From Thermodesulfovibrionales bacterium (GTDB lineage Bacteria; Nitrospirota; Thermodesulfovibrionia; Thermodesulfovibrionales; UBA6898), in contig JBIOIY010000001.1 in NCBI GenBank assembly GCA_044450345.1, positions 183,009 through 247,008 of the forward strand: a stretch of 64,000 nt of DNA, written 5' to 3'. The translations under genes were made by a program, and so were the position numbers. The notes under the pieces are model-generated. The model saw only the letters and a list, made by a program, of their open reading frames with translations, searched no databases and had not been told where the DNA came from. Shown here in pieces: positions 10,568 to 20,341 of the stretch (position 1 is its first letter; each line of letters opens with the position of its first letter).

Positions 10568-10753
10568 ATGACCGTCATATCCCCCGGCGACCCGAAGATC
10601 ACCAGGGGATATTCTAAGGGTGACAGGGCCGTCCTTTATGTTGAGGGCGTTCTTGAAGGGGAAAAGCAGTATGGAACAGTGGAGTTTGCAAGGGAGGGAA
10701 AGACTTGGTATATAGAAAAAGAAAACTGGAGCAATACACCTCCTAAAAAATAA
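10568..10753 (+). CDS. Short hypothetical protein, possibly a C-terminal remnant
   Basis: 61 aa with globular-looking composition (GDRAVLYVEG...YGTVEF...WYIEKENW); no family recognised. Confidence 0.4.
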   Translation: MTVISPGDPKITRGYSKGDRAVLYVEGVLEGEKQYGTVEFAREGKTWYIEKENWSNTPPKK

Positions 10754-10872
10754 CGTGCTGCCTGTAGCGGACCGTCCACGGCCTCTAAGGGATAAGGCCT
10801 TTTTATGGCAGCCGTTGACACGAACATTTCTATCGGGTATATTCCCTTTATCCTTTCGACTTGGAGGCATTA

Positions 10873-11343
10873 ATGAAACGTGCAACAGTTTTCGTCATAT
10901 TCATCATCTTGGCTTTCTCCGGGGCAGCTTTCGCGCTAGGCAAACCCGACTTCTCCGGCACATGGACCCTGGACATGGCCAAAAGCGATATGGGGCAGGC
11001 TCGCCCTAGTTCTATGGCAGCGAAAGTTACCATAGTGATCAAACAGACCCCTGCTGTCCTTACCACCACACGCAAGGTAGGCGAACACTCCGATACTGCC
11101 ATCGAAAAGCTTGATGGCAGCGAGAGTATCAACAAGTCCCCAAGCGGGCAAGACATCAAGAGCACCAATCGATGGGAGGGCTCGACCCTTATCACAAAGA
11201 GCGTAATGTCGACGGGACAAGGGACCGTAGAGTCGACCTTTGTCAGGACCCTCAGTACAGACGGCAAGGTGATGACGATAGACACGACCATGAAGACACC
11301 TAACGGCATCAATAAGAAGAGGCTAATCTACAATAAGCAGTAG
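10873..11343 (+). CDS. Secreted hypothetical protein (lipocalin-like N-terminal motif)
   Basis: GGAGG RBS, signal peptide ending AFA, PDFSGTWTLD. Confidence 0.7.
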   Translation: MKRATVFVIFIILAFSGAAFALGKPDFSGTWTLDMAKSDMGQARPSSMAAKVTIVIKQTPAVLTTTRKVGEHSDTAIEKLDGSESINKSPSGQDIKSTNRWEGSTLITKSVMSTGQGTVESTFVRTLSTDGKVMTIDTTMKTPNGINKKRLIYNKQ

Positions 11344-11526
11344 CGGGAGCGCCGTGCGGCGGAGCCGGACATTTGCTTCGTTGGGGGCGCTAAAGAGACT
11401 CTTGTCCTGACACAGAAGGGGAAGCCTTGTCTTTAACGGACATGCCGTAATATCATTGTTTCCTGTTGATCTTTCTTCTGCCGAATCGTATGATATTTTT
11501 GAATATGTGGAAATGGGACAGGTATT

Positions 11527-12060
11527 ATGGCGGGTAAAAGACGACACAAGAGAGTTATTAAGCGTCTTGATACTAGGTTTTCCGCGGAGGGTTCAAGCTT
11601 CCATGGCACGTCCAGCAACCTCTCCGAGAGCGGCCTCTTTCTAAGAACAATAAAACCCCTGCCTCCTGACACTCAGGTCGATGTGAGCATTCAACTGTCT
11701 GATACTATGGTCTCAAAACTGAAGGGCACGGTCCGCTGGGTCATAAAGTCTGCGCACAGTACCGGGAAGTCGGGGATGGGGATCGAGATCAGTGAGAATG
11801 ATCGCCATTATGTCAATTTCCTCAACACTTTTTTACCCCCCGAGGAACGGATACGTTATACAGAACACAAAAAGGCTGTGCCGGCGCCTCCTGCTGCAAA
11901 GATCGAACACGCTGCCCGGCGGGGGAGCGGACCTGTTCCCCGTCCGAAAAGCCCACCCGCAGCCGCCCGGAAGAGTGACCACGAAACAGAAGACAACGAG
12001 ATCGATTCATTGATCTCCTCGCTATTTTCGAAACGCGAGAAAAAACAGGGTGAGCAGTAG
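11527..12060 (+). CDS. PilZ domain protein
   Basis: RRHKR and NLSESG c-di-GMP motifs, GTVRW, GMGIE; low-complexity tail. Confidence 0.85.
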   Translation: MAGKRRHKRVIKRLDTRFSAEGSSFHGTSSNLSESGLFLRTIKPLPPDTQVDVSIQLSDTMVSKLKGTVRWVIKSAHSTGKSGMGIEISENDRHYVNFLNTFLPPEERIRYTEHKKAVPAPPAAKIEHAARRGSGPVPRPKSPPAAARKSDHETEDNEIDSLISSLFSKREKKQGEQ

Positions 12061-12084
12061 GGGCACGTTGCAACGTTCCCCTAC
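12057..12084. repeat. GTAG-type REP-like palindrome
   Basis: GTAGGGGCACGTTGCAACGTTCCCCTAC; near-identical copy at 32796-32824; overlaps PilZ stop codon. Confidence 0.8.
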
Positions 12085-12236
12085 CAGACAAAGATGCAAT
12101 ACATAAAGACATACACCGTCACAGATAATTGACACGAACGATCATCTATCTATGAGGGGCCCTTACCCTGCACTTTTAGAAACAAGGGGAAGTAAAGAGA
12201 AAATGCAAACAGGATTATTCTAAACCAGGGGAAGCT

Positions 12237-13319
12237 ATGGAAGCGGCAACAGCAGGTGTAACTCCGGGTTTTGTTCTTTCAGGACTGATCGTTGGAGTAG
12301 TCTTCGGTTTTATACTCCAGCGAGGACAGTTTTGCATGAACTCTGCCTTCAGAGACACGATTTTTATGAAGGATTTTACCATGCTCCGGGCCTATTTGAT
12401 CGCCCTTGTAATTATGGTCGTCGGTGCAAATATCCTTGAAGACATGGGAACGATTATTCTCAAAAGGCAGACATTTTACCCTCTTGCCAACGTCATCGGA
12501 GGGTATATTTTCGGCCTGGGGATGGTCCTGGCGGAGGGATGCGGAAGCGGCATAATCTACAGGACAGGAGAAGGCCTGCTTTCTGCATGGGTTGCGGTCT
12601 TCTGTTTTGCTGTAAGCATAGGAGCAACAACAGACGGTATTCTTAACCCCTTTTTGATGTTCTTGAAAAATGAAAATGTAAGTCTTTCTCTGTCAGGCAA
12701 ACCGAATGCCGCATTGTGGGAGTTAATTGGAGACGGCCCTGCAATCAAATGGTCTGTAATTACTGTGTTATCGTGTATGCTTTCATTTTTTATCCTTCGT
12801 GGCAGGCCGTTCACCGTAAGGAAACGGGAGGGCCTTTCCTGGCCGCTCACAGGCGTTCTTGTGGGTGTTATGGGAGTAGTCGCCTTCTGGGCTTCCGGGT
12901 TCTGGGGCGGAGGATTCGCAAGGGGCCTGGGTTTTACAACCCCCACGGGTGAGCTTTTCTTTACGGTGCTCACAGGCAATGCCCAATCGAGATTCTTCCC
13001 CATGTTCAACCTGGGGCCATTCCGGACGACATGGGCAGTTTTTTATATTATCGGTGTGCCGTTGGGATCATATGTCAGCGCAAAAGCGTTAAAGAAGTTT
13101 AAGTGGAGGGTCCCCGGTGCGAGGCAGCTTGTTACGATCATGGCCGGCGGCAGTATGATGGGTTTTGGAGCTGTTCTTGCGGGTGGATGTAATGTAGGAC
13201 AGGCTCTCACCGGATTCGCCACTCTTTCTGTGGGAAGTATCGTTGCCACAGTTGCGATAATCGCCGGCAACTGGACAATGGTCTATTTCGAATTCATAAA
13301 ACCTGCAAGACTGAAATAA
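12237..13319 (+). CDS. YeeE/YedE family sulfur-compound transporter
   Basis: Multi-TM, QRGQFCM, LAEGCGSG, LAGGCNVG conserved Cys motifs. Confidence 0.9.
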   Translation: MEAATAGVTPGFVLSGLIVGVVFGFILQRGQFCMNSAFRDTIFMKDFTMLRAYLIALVIMVVGANILEDMGTIILKRQTFYPLANVIGGYIFGLGMVLAEGCGSGIIYRTGEGLLSAWVAVFCFAVSIGATTDGILNPFLMFLKNENVSLSLSGKPNAALWELIGDGPAIKWSVITVLSCMLSFFILRGRPFTVRKREGLSWPLTGVLVGVMGVVAFWASGFWGGGFARGLGFTTPTGELFFTVLTGNAQSRFFPMFNLGPFRTTWAVFYIIGVPLGSYVSAKALKKFKWRVPGARQLVTIMAGGSMMGFGAVLAGGCNVGQALTGFATLSVGSIVATVAIIAGNWTMVYFEFIKPARLK

Positions 13320-13469
13320 TCATATCGGGAGATAACGAACTCAACGTATTCCTGCTTCTTCGAAATATCTGAGGAACTGGCCGAGGCAAATCCGCTCTTC
13401 TCGGCGGCCCCTCAATGAACGAGAATAGTATGTCCTGCCTTCTTTCGCAAAAAATATGAATTAGCAGTG

Positions 13470-15995
13470 CTAATAGAGCAGATACTTCGCCCGCAAACTC
13501 ATAAACTCTTCAAGCGTATTCCTCCATTGGGGCGCGATCGTCTCAGAAGTCCGGCCGTCCCTGATGGCCTGTAGAACTCCGCGTGACCCGATAAGACCCA
13601 GCGTCTTATCGATCTGAAAATCGCGGGGGTAACGCGTATAGAGCGCTCCCGCAACCTCAATTCCCATGGCCCCCGCGTCAAGCGCCGTCCTGTCCGGCAG
13701 GGTTATCCGCACCCCGTGACAGACTTTATCCATATAGATGTCACTCTTTGGTACAAAATCAGTAGGCGTGAAATGTACGCCCCTGATATTTCTGCTGTTC
13801 AGGGCCGCTGCGAGTTCTTCAGCATTGATCCACGGGGCGCCGAGAAGTTCGAAGGGCGTATCAGTCCCGCGCCCCACGCTCACGTTGGCGCCCTCGACCA
13901 TCGCCACTCCCGGGTAAAGGATGGCCTCAGTGAGGCTGCGCAGGTTTGGGGAAAGACTGATCCACAGAAGGCCGGTCTCGTCGAACCACTCGGTGCGCGT
14001 ATACCCCGACATTTTGATAACGTGCAGTTTCACTCCGATCCTGTTTTCCGCGTTGAACATCCCGGCAAGTTCCCCTACCGTCATTCCGTGCCGCACGGGC
14101 AATGGGAAATAACCGGTAAAAGACTTTAACTCTTTGTCCATGACAGGTCCCTGCACCAGGGAGGCGTTAATGGGGTCGGGCCTGTCCAAAACATAAAATG
14201 CGATCCCTTTCTTCGCGGCTGCTTCCATCGCATACCCCATAGTCGAGATATACGTATAGAAGCGGACGCCCGCGTCCTGGATGTCGAAGACCAGTGCATC
14301 CAGACCCTTAAGCATTTCCTCCGTCGGTTTTCTCACTTTGCCGTAAAGACTGAATACAGGCAGACCGCTAGCGGGCTCCACAGCAGATGCCACCCACGAG
14401 TCATCCTTGCCGGACAGGCCGTGTTCAGGACTGAAGACGGCTGTCAGTTTCACGCCGGGCGCGTTGCGGAGCAGGTCGATGGTACTTCGTCCGGAGGAAT
14501 CGCGTCCCGTATGGTTCGTGATGAGTCCCACACGCAGGCCTTTGAGGGGCAGAAAATGTTCGGCAGACAGGACATCGATCCCAGTCAGCACTTTTTCGCG
14601 CAAACCCTGCGCCCGGTGTCTCTTTATGCGCTCATAACAGCTTACCAGCGAGGGCCTCCTGTGCAGGACCTGTTCGTCCGAAACCGGCCCGAGCGCATCG
14701 GCAACGGTCTTCTTGATCTGCGCCCGCAATTCCTTTATGTCGCCCTTGCCGTCGGGATATACGCGGTTTGTAAGAACAATTATATAGGTGTCTGAAACCG
14801 GATCAATCCACAACGCGGTCCCTGTATAGCCCAGATGTCCATAAGCGCCCGCAGGGAACAATTCCTCCCGATTAGAGGCAAAAGGTGCTTCCACATCCCA
14901 ACCAAACCCCCGAAGATTCTTTTTGCCCGCAGGAGTCTGTGTCGCCGTCATGGTGTCGACAGTCTCAGGGGTGAGGATCTGCGTATTGCCGTGTTTCCCT
15001 CCGTTAAGGAGCGTTTGTGCAAAAATGGATAGGTCATCGGCTGTTGAAAAAAGCCCGGCATGTCCGGCCACACCGCCCATTTTGTAACACGAAGGGTCAT
15101 GCGCCCATCCGCAGGGAGGCCCCTCGATGCAATTCCGGGTGGGGGCAATGCGGTCATGCAGGGAGCCCGACGGTCTGAAGACGGTGTCTTTCATTCCCAA
15201 CGGTTTAAAAATTTTTTCGGCGCAATATTCATCGAGCGGCCGGCCCGAGACACGTCGGACAAGCTCGCCCAGGACTTCAAAATTTATGTCGCTGTATATA
15301 AACCCTGCTCCCGGAGAAAGTTCAGGCCTCTCCGCGATGATTTTTTTCATGGCATCTTTATACCCCGACCACCTCGGTCTGAAACTCAGGTCAGGGCGCA
15401 GCCCGGAGTAATGGGTGAGGAGTTGCCGCACCGTTATATGTGCCTTGCCGTTTTTCCTAAACGCAGGCCAGTAGCGGGCAACAGGGGCCTCGATATCCAG
15501 CTTTCTTTTTTCCGCCAGCTGCATGATCGCGGTGGTTGTGGCGACGACCTTTGTGACCGAGGCCATATCAAATATGGTGTCCTCCGTCATCGGCACCTGC
15601 TCCGGCTCAAGAGAGCGGAAACCGAAGGCCCGCCGATACACAACTTCCCCATGATTACCGATAAGGACAACTGCTCCAGGTGTCTTGCCGTCCCTCATGG
15701 CCTTTTCAACGATATCGGCTATGGGTGCCAATTGGTCGGCGCGCAACCTTTGAAACGGATAGCGAGCGCATTCCCCGTTGCTTGCTGCGGGGTTAGCGAG
15801 CGAATATGATAAAGAAGATATCCTTGCGTTAAGATACCCTGCGGTCTTGCCGCAGGGTTCTTCACTTGAGTCTGCTTGAGCCTGTGTCGGGGCTGTGAAA
15901 GTAACGACCAGCCCATAGAGAAAGCAGAGCGCTGCCAGAACGGAACACGTCATTTCCAGTGCGGCAATTCCCTTTGTCTCAGATTGTCGGGCCAT
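13470..15995 (-). CDS. Beta-lactamase-family serine hydrolase fused to DUF1343 (NamZ-like exo-beta-N-acetylmuramidase)
   Basis: FDMASVTK, LLTHYSG, YSD, GHLGYTG; then VGLITNHTG, FSPEHG, FDIQDAGVRFYTY, LDRPDP, SPNL. Confidence 0.9.
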   Translation of the reverse strand: MARQSETKGIAALEMTCSVLAALCFLYGLVVTFTAPTQAQADSSEEPCGKTAGYLNARISSLSYSLANPAASNGECARYPFQRLRADQLAPIADIVEKAMRDGKTPGAVVLIGNHGEVVYRRAFGFRSLEPEQVPMTEDTIFDMASVTKVVATTTAIMQLAEKRKLDIEAPVARYWPAFRKNGKAHITVRQLLTHYSGLRPDLSFRPRWSGYKDAMKKIIAERPELSPGAGFIYSDINFEVLGELVRRVSGRPLDEYCAEKIFKPLGMKDTVFRPSGSLHDRIAPTRNCIEGPPCGWAHDPSCYKMGGVAGHAGLFSTADDLSIFAQTLLNGGKHGNTQILTPETVDTMTATQTPAGKKNLRGFGWDVEAPFASNREELFPAGAYGHLGYTGTALWIDPVSDTYIIVLTNRVYPDGKGDIKELRAQIKKTVADALGPVSDEQVLHRRPSLVSCYERIKRHRAQGLREKVLTGIDVLSAEHFLPLKGLRVGLITNHTGRDSSGRSTIDLLRNAPGVKLTAVFSPEHGLSGKDDSWVASAVEPASGLPVFSLYGKVRKPTEEMLKGLDALVFDIQDAGVRFYTYISTMGYAMEAAAKKGIAFYVLDRPDPINASLVQGPVMDKELKSFTGYFPLPVRHGMTVGELAGMFNAENRIGVKLHVIKMSGYTRTEWFDETGLLWISLSPNLRSLTEAILYPGVAMVEGANVSVGRGTDTPFELLGAPWINAEELAAALNSRNIRGVHFTPTDFVPKSDIYMDKVCHGVRITLPDRTALDAGAMGIEVAGALYTRYPRDFQIDKTLGLIGSRGVLQAIRDGRTSETIAPQWRNTLEEFMSLRAKYLLY
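15751..15864. mobile_element. 114-bp palindromic miniature element, copy 1 (in-frame inside CDS)
   Basis: TGAA...TTCA ends, two internal hairpins, CTT direct repeat on both flanks (15748-50, 15865-67); related copy at 25608-25723. Confidence 0.75.
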
Positions 15996-17289
15996 CCTGC
16001 CTTGTAGTATTGTTCGAAACCCGCTCTTTTTTCAACCCATCGGACTTGTAGATATTTCTCGGATTCCAGAGCATCCACCCGCCGGAGCCGAACTCATCAG
16101 CAGCCTTTATCTGGCTCCTTATCTCAGGCCCTGAGAAATGCCTCCTGTCGAATGCGTAATCCTTGAACGCCTGGAGCCAGGGCCTGAAGCGGTTGGCAGG
16201 GATATTGGCGCGCTCTCGGGCCCTCTTCAGCGTGAGAGAGACGATCTCGTACGGGTGGGCAACCGGGTTCCTGTATCCCGGTATGCCGAACTGAAACCCT
16301 GAGGGGTAGAGCATAAGGGATATGTAATCTACGCAGGAAGCAAGCTGTTCGATCTTCTGTCCGATCTGGGTATCGTTTAGGTTCCACGATACATAACCGA
16401 AAATATCAGCGGCCACAAAGACATTATAGGGCGCCAGCCTCCTTTTGGCCTCGCCTAGGAATCCCGATATGTATTTCACCCTGTTTTCTTCCGTGTTGGC
16501 AACGGCAAACAGTAAGCCTTTCCTGTCTGGAAAACGTACATAGTCGAACTGTATCTCGTCGAAGCCGTTTTGTGCCGCCTCCACAGCGATATTGATATTG
16601 TAGTCCCATACTTCCTTCCTCGACGGGTCTACCCAGGCAAGGTTTTCCCTGTCGTGAAATATCCTGCCGTCCTGGGTCTTTACGGTCAGATCAGGACGCG
16701 CACTGCCCAGGACTTCGTCCTTGAAGACGACGATCCGCGCGACGGTATAAATGCCCTTTTCCCTCAGGGACTGTATCAGGCCCCTTATGTCCTTTATGAT
16801 AACAAGCCTTTGGGCTCCTATCTCGGATGCAAGGGGGATAGAGCTCTTGTAGGTTATCACTCCCCTGTCGCCCTTTACATCGATGACAAGGGAATTGATT
16901 TCGGTCTCCTTCGCCAGGGCCAGGGCCGATTCCCGGAGCGTCCTGCTGCCTATTCCATAGTACGTGAGATATAATGCCTTCGGGACGAACGGTCTAAGAT
17001 AGATAATGAGACGGTCCCTGGCAGAAGCCGCAGGGAGTGGCAGCTCCGCCCTTGCATAGCCATAGGCCCTGATGCCGATCTTTGCTGCTGCGTTCTTAAT
17101 CGCAAAAACGCCTTTATTGTCGGTATAGACAACCTCGTTGTTTCCTGTCGCTATCGCCCCTTCAATCGGCTTCCGCGTCAGATAATCCATCACCTTTCCG
17201 CCCGCATAATCAGACGCGAATACCGGCGCCGACAAGAATACGAACAATAACATCACATACGGTAAACTACGGAACCCGGCGATTTTCAC
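15979..17289 (-). CDS. Putative glycoside hydrolase (DUF4015-like), secreted
   Basis: NSLVIDVK, ARIVVFKD, WVDP, GFDEIQFDYVRFP, MLYPS, RPWLQAF, WMLWN. Confidence 0.85.
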   Translation of the reverse strand: MKIAGFRSLPYVMLLFVFLSAPVFASDYAGGKVMDYLTRKPIEGAIATGNNEVVYTDNKGVFAIKNAAAKIGIRAYGYARAELPLPAASARDRLIIYLRPFVPKALYLTYYGIGSRTLRESALALAKETEINSLVIDVKGDRGVITYKSSIPLASEIGAQRLVIIKDIRGLIQSLREKGIYTVARIVVFKDEVLGSARPDLTVKTQDGRIFHDRENLAWVDPSRKEVWDYNINIAVEAAQNGFDEIQFDYVRFPDRKGLLFAVANTEENRVKYISGFLGEAKRRLAPYNVFVAADIFGYVSWNLNDTQIGQKIEQLASCVDYISLMLYPSGFQFGIPGYRNPVAHPYEIVSLTLKRARERANIPANRFRPWLQAFKDYAFDRRHFSGPEIRSQIKAADEFGSGGWMLWNPRNIYKSDGLKKERVSNNTTRQDGPTI

Positions 17290-17320
17290 GGTGCCACCTT
17301 GCCTCTCTTGAAGAACATGA

Positions 17321-18127
17321 TTAACCCTTTCTTCCCGGGGGCTGCCCCAGGATCATCTCAAATGCCTTCCCTTTATCTGAATTCTGCATAAGGTAGCGGG
17401 GGATCTTCATAACATCGTCCCCGCTGCCCGCGGGCCTTCTCTCTATTGTGAAACCGGCCGTGTATCCCGCGCCCGAAGCATGCCTGATGAGTTCGTCGTC
17501 GTAAATTCCGAAAGGCCAGGCCAGCATGTCGATTGTAACACCGAGTTCTTTGCCCAGCCTGTCCTTCGATCTCCTCAACTGCATATCCACGAACTTCTCA
17601 TATTCGGCGCCCGGCAACCTCCTTTTCTCCTTCTTGAAGTTCGGATGCCAATATGTATGGCCCTGAAGATCGAAGAGGCCGGTCTTCTTGACCTCCCTTA
17701 ATTCCTCCCACGTCATGGCATAGGAGGCATTGGATATCGCCGAAGGATAGATAAAAAGCGTCACAGGGATGTGATATTTCTTTACCAGCGGCAGCATATC
17801 GGTATAGACCGACTTGTGGGCGTCGTCGGCGACGATCACAACAGACCCGGGAGGCGGAGGCGGCCCCTTTCGCAGATAGTAGTCGACAAGCTGTCTGAGA
17901 GGTATTACCGTAAACCCCTTTTCCCTGATGTATTCCAGTTGGGATCTGAAAACGGCTGTGGTGACGGTCATGCTGTCGGATACCACCGGCCCAAAGCGGT
18001 GATAAAGCAGGATGGGGACACGTTCCTGGCGAAGGTCCTTTTTCTTATCGCTTAATTCGCCATTGGTCAAGGAGGGACAGACGAGGAGAACAACAAGCGT
18101 AATAAGAGTCAGAAGACGAGTTGTCAT
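17321..18127 (-). CDS. Polysaccharide deacetylase family protein
   Basis: PILLYHRF, VADD, GHTYWH, AWPFG; start moved to ATG 18127 (signal peptide follows; upstream extension crosses a REP). Confidence 0.9.
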   Translation of the reverse strand: MTTRLLTLITLVVLLVCPSLTNGELSDKKKDLRQERVPILLYHRFGPVVSDSMTVTTAVFRSQLEYIREKGFTVIPLRQLVDYYLRKGPPPPPGSVVIVADDAHKSVYTDMLPLVKKYHIPVTLFIYPSAISNASYAMTWEELREVKKTGLFDLQGHTYWHPNFKKEKRRLPGAEYEKFVDMQLRRSKDRLGKELGVTIDMLAWPFGIYDDELIRHASGAGYTAGFTIERRPAGSGDDVMKIPRYLMQNSDKGKAFEMILGQPPGRKG

Positions 18128-18239
18128 CGCGAAATGTATACCTCTATTTATATATAACCTCACTTTGACATCAAGTTCCGTGATTCCACTCACATTCCTT
18201 GACACTTTCCAAGGCTGTGCGACAGTGCACGGTTGAGAT

Positions 18240-18294
18240 GTAGGGGCGAACGGCTGTTCGCCCAAGACAGGGCGATCCGCCGAATCGCCCCTAC
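18240..18294. repeat. Inverted REP doublet (REPIN-like)
   Basis: GTAGGGGCGAAC-GGCT-GTTCGCCC aagaca GGGCGATCCGCCGAATCGCCCCTAC. Confidence 0.75.
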
Positions 18295-18444
18295 GGAAGA
18301 AACAAAAATCCATGTGAGATAGTCCTTGTCTTTAACAGGCATAGCGTTTTATCATTAATAAATCTTTGCGGGATGGGAACGGATAATGCGAGAACTTCAG
18401 CCTTTTCACCTCGATCTCCTCGGCAAACTCTCCGGAGCGAGCAA

Positions 18445-18597
18445 TCAGGTCCAGGCACGCGACCTATGGACCCCGCATGGGTCCTCGACATACTAGACCA
18501 GTGCAAAAAGGCAGGAGTTCCGTTCTTCTTCAAGCAGTGGGGAGGGACGAGGAAGAAGAAGGCAGGGCGATTGCTTGAAGGAAGAACATGGGATGAA
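18445..18597 (+). pseudogene. C-terminal fragment of phage Gp37/Gp68 (DUF5131-like) protein
   Basis: [13 protein letters not shown]...[11 protein letters not shown]...[13 protein letters not shown]-terminal part absent. Confidence 0.7.
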
Positions 18598-18714
18598 ATT
18601 CTTGCTTTTGCCATGCTGTTGAGAAAGCTTCTAGTCGATTCGCTTAAGAGACGCATCGTGTTCAGAGGGGCTTTTGCAGTAGGATCCTTTTATGAGGAGT
18701 CGACTACGAACACT

Positions 18715-18898
18715 ATACAAAATCCAAGGCATCCCGGTCTGCAGACCCATGAGTTTACAACTCTGAAAGGTCCCGGGGGAGAAAAGGTTTTTGAGGCATA
18801 CGCTGAGCAATCCACTCCAGCCGCTTACAGAGTTTTCTGGTATTATGGGCCTGAGAAAAAACCAGATCACCATTGTCGCTATCACACCCCATCCGTAA
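18715..18898 (+). pseudogene. Truncated, frameshifted RelE-like toxin-family gene fragment
   Basis: [12 protein letters not shown]...EKVFEAY...[10 protein letters not shown]; removing one A from the A6 run at 18856-18861 restores [18 protein letters not shown]. Confidence 0.55.
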
Positions 18899-18940
18899 GA
18901 ACGATAACGCGCCTTGAAAATGGAGGTCTTCTAACGGGGT

Positions 18941-19462
18941 TTATTTCCCGATCTTCTCCGTCATTATAAAGTCGTTGGTCTTATTGCTGCCATGACAACT
19001 GATACAGGCCTCCACCTTTCCCGACGCAAGCACTTTCCCGTATGGCTCGTACTTCGCCCAGAACCAGTCACCGGCGGAAGGATTATAGCCGTTGATCTTG
19101 TACATGACCGTGAGGGCCGCCATTTTTTTCTGGGGCGTGTAATTCTCCTTCACGATAATTGAACTATCGGCCATCTTTCCTTTTTTGTCCCGTGCAGAAA
19201 AATATGCATGGTTGTTTACATAGGTAGTCAGGAGTGAGCCGTGAGGCTCTCTGCCCTTGTAGAGCCTGCCCTTTCCCGGCCAAAGTTCCCACTTGTCGTA
19301 GGGATTGTCTTTTGTGATATAAGCGTACAACTTTGCGGCATCCGCTGCAGGCAGGGGCACTGTCGTCTCCGCAGGCTTTTCCTCATGGATGGCATAGGCA
19401 ACAGCAGCAACGCCGATGAGCAAGACTGCGGCCAAGAAAACTGCGCATAATTTCTTTTTCAT
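18941..19462 (-). CDS. Cytochrome P460-like c-type cytochrome
   Basis: GGAGG RBS, signal peptide, [18 protein letters not shown]-terminal CISCH heme motif. Confidence 0.8.
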   Translation of the reverse strand: MKKKLCAVFLAAVLLIGVAAVAYAIHEEKPAETTVPLPAADAAKLYAYITKDNPYDKWELWPGKGRLYKGREPHGSLLTTYVNNHAYFSARDKKGKMADSSIIVKENYTPQKKMAALTVMYKINGYNPSAGDWFWAKYEPYGKVLASGKVEACISCHGSNKTNDFIMTEKIGK

Positions 19463-19517
19463 TGTCCTACCTCCCTGATTGATGGTTTGGAATTGAGTGC
19501 TGACAATCACAACTTAT

Positions 19518-19570
19518 CACGCTGGAAAATATTGTCAATCCCTGCCCGTATATCGCAATCCGCCTTCAAC
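19518..19570. repeat. 53-bp direct repeat, copy 1 (contains TTGACA -35 on minus strand)
   Basis: 51/53 identical to 24457-24509. Confidence 0.9.
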
Positions 19571-19578
19571 GAACTTGG

Positions 19579-20001
19579 CTATTTCTTGATTATTGTTGTT
19601 GCCTCGGCCCCCTTTGGCAGTAACATGCTGACAGCCACCCTCGCGCTCGAGCTGCCTGCATTCAGGGCCGCATGTACGTCTCCCGGACTCTCCGTCCAAT
19701 TCCCGCCTGTCTTTATTATCCTCTCTGTGCCTTTCTCCCGAAGGGTAATCTCACCGCTGAGTACCGTCACGAGCGCGTGTCCGCCATGGAAATGATCGGG
19801 AAAGCCCGCGCCTGGAGGAAAATCGAATATAATGCTGACCAAATCGTATCCACCGGCCTGTATCTCGACCGGGAGCGCGGCCTTATAGACGACTGAAGGG
19901 GCAGGCATCGCAGCTTGATCTGTTTTTTCCCCGGCTATTGTTGCAGAAACTAAGAGAAGCATTACAACACACACTAATGAAAACAGTTTCACGGATTTCA
20001 T
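19579..20001 (-). CDS. Secreted cupin domain protein
   Basis: Signal peptide, FPDHFHGG, VLSGE, GDVHAALN. Confidence 0.8.
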   Translation of the reverse strand: MKSVKLFSLVCVVMLLLVSATIAGEKTDQAAMPAPSVVYKAALPVEIQAGGYDLVSIIFDFPPGAGFPDHFHGGHALVTVLSGEITLREKGTERIIKTGGNWTESPGDVHAALNAGSSSARVAVSMLLPKGAEATTIIKK

Positions 20002-20341
20002 CACATTCCTCCTTGGGTCCGGCCATATCAAAGGGGCCAATATTGGGGTATCTGTCTTAAGTAAATACTAACACTTCGAACAGCGCTGTCAAGATGAGTA
20101 CAGCGGCTTCCCAAGGCAGGGCCGGGATACCGGAAGATATCGCCTCCCCGGCAGCTTATCTCATCTAGCTATTTCCCTGTTGACGGTGTGAGGGTTGGTA
20201 TCCCACGATATGTCGATCCCCATAATCGCAGATTGCTTACTATCTCTCTAAGCCGGTTATCGGGAATAATTGGCGGGTGCTATACTCTATATAAGGTGAG
20301 AAGAAAAAGCTGACACTAATGACAAGGAATTTCAGAGAACC

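Noticed and set aside
12237..13319. YeeE/YedE as a selenoprotein
   Set aside because: All conserved positions are Cys codons; no in-frame TGA.
18128..18313. N-terminal extension of the deacetylase ORF
   Set aside because: Translates a REP doublet; the signal peptide begins at Met 18127.
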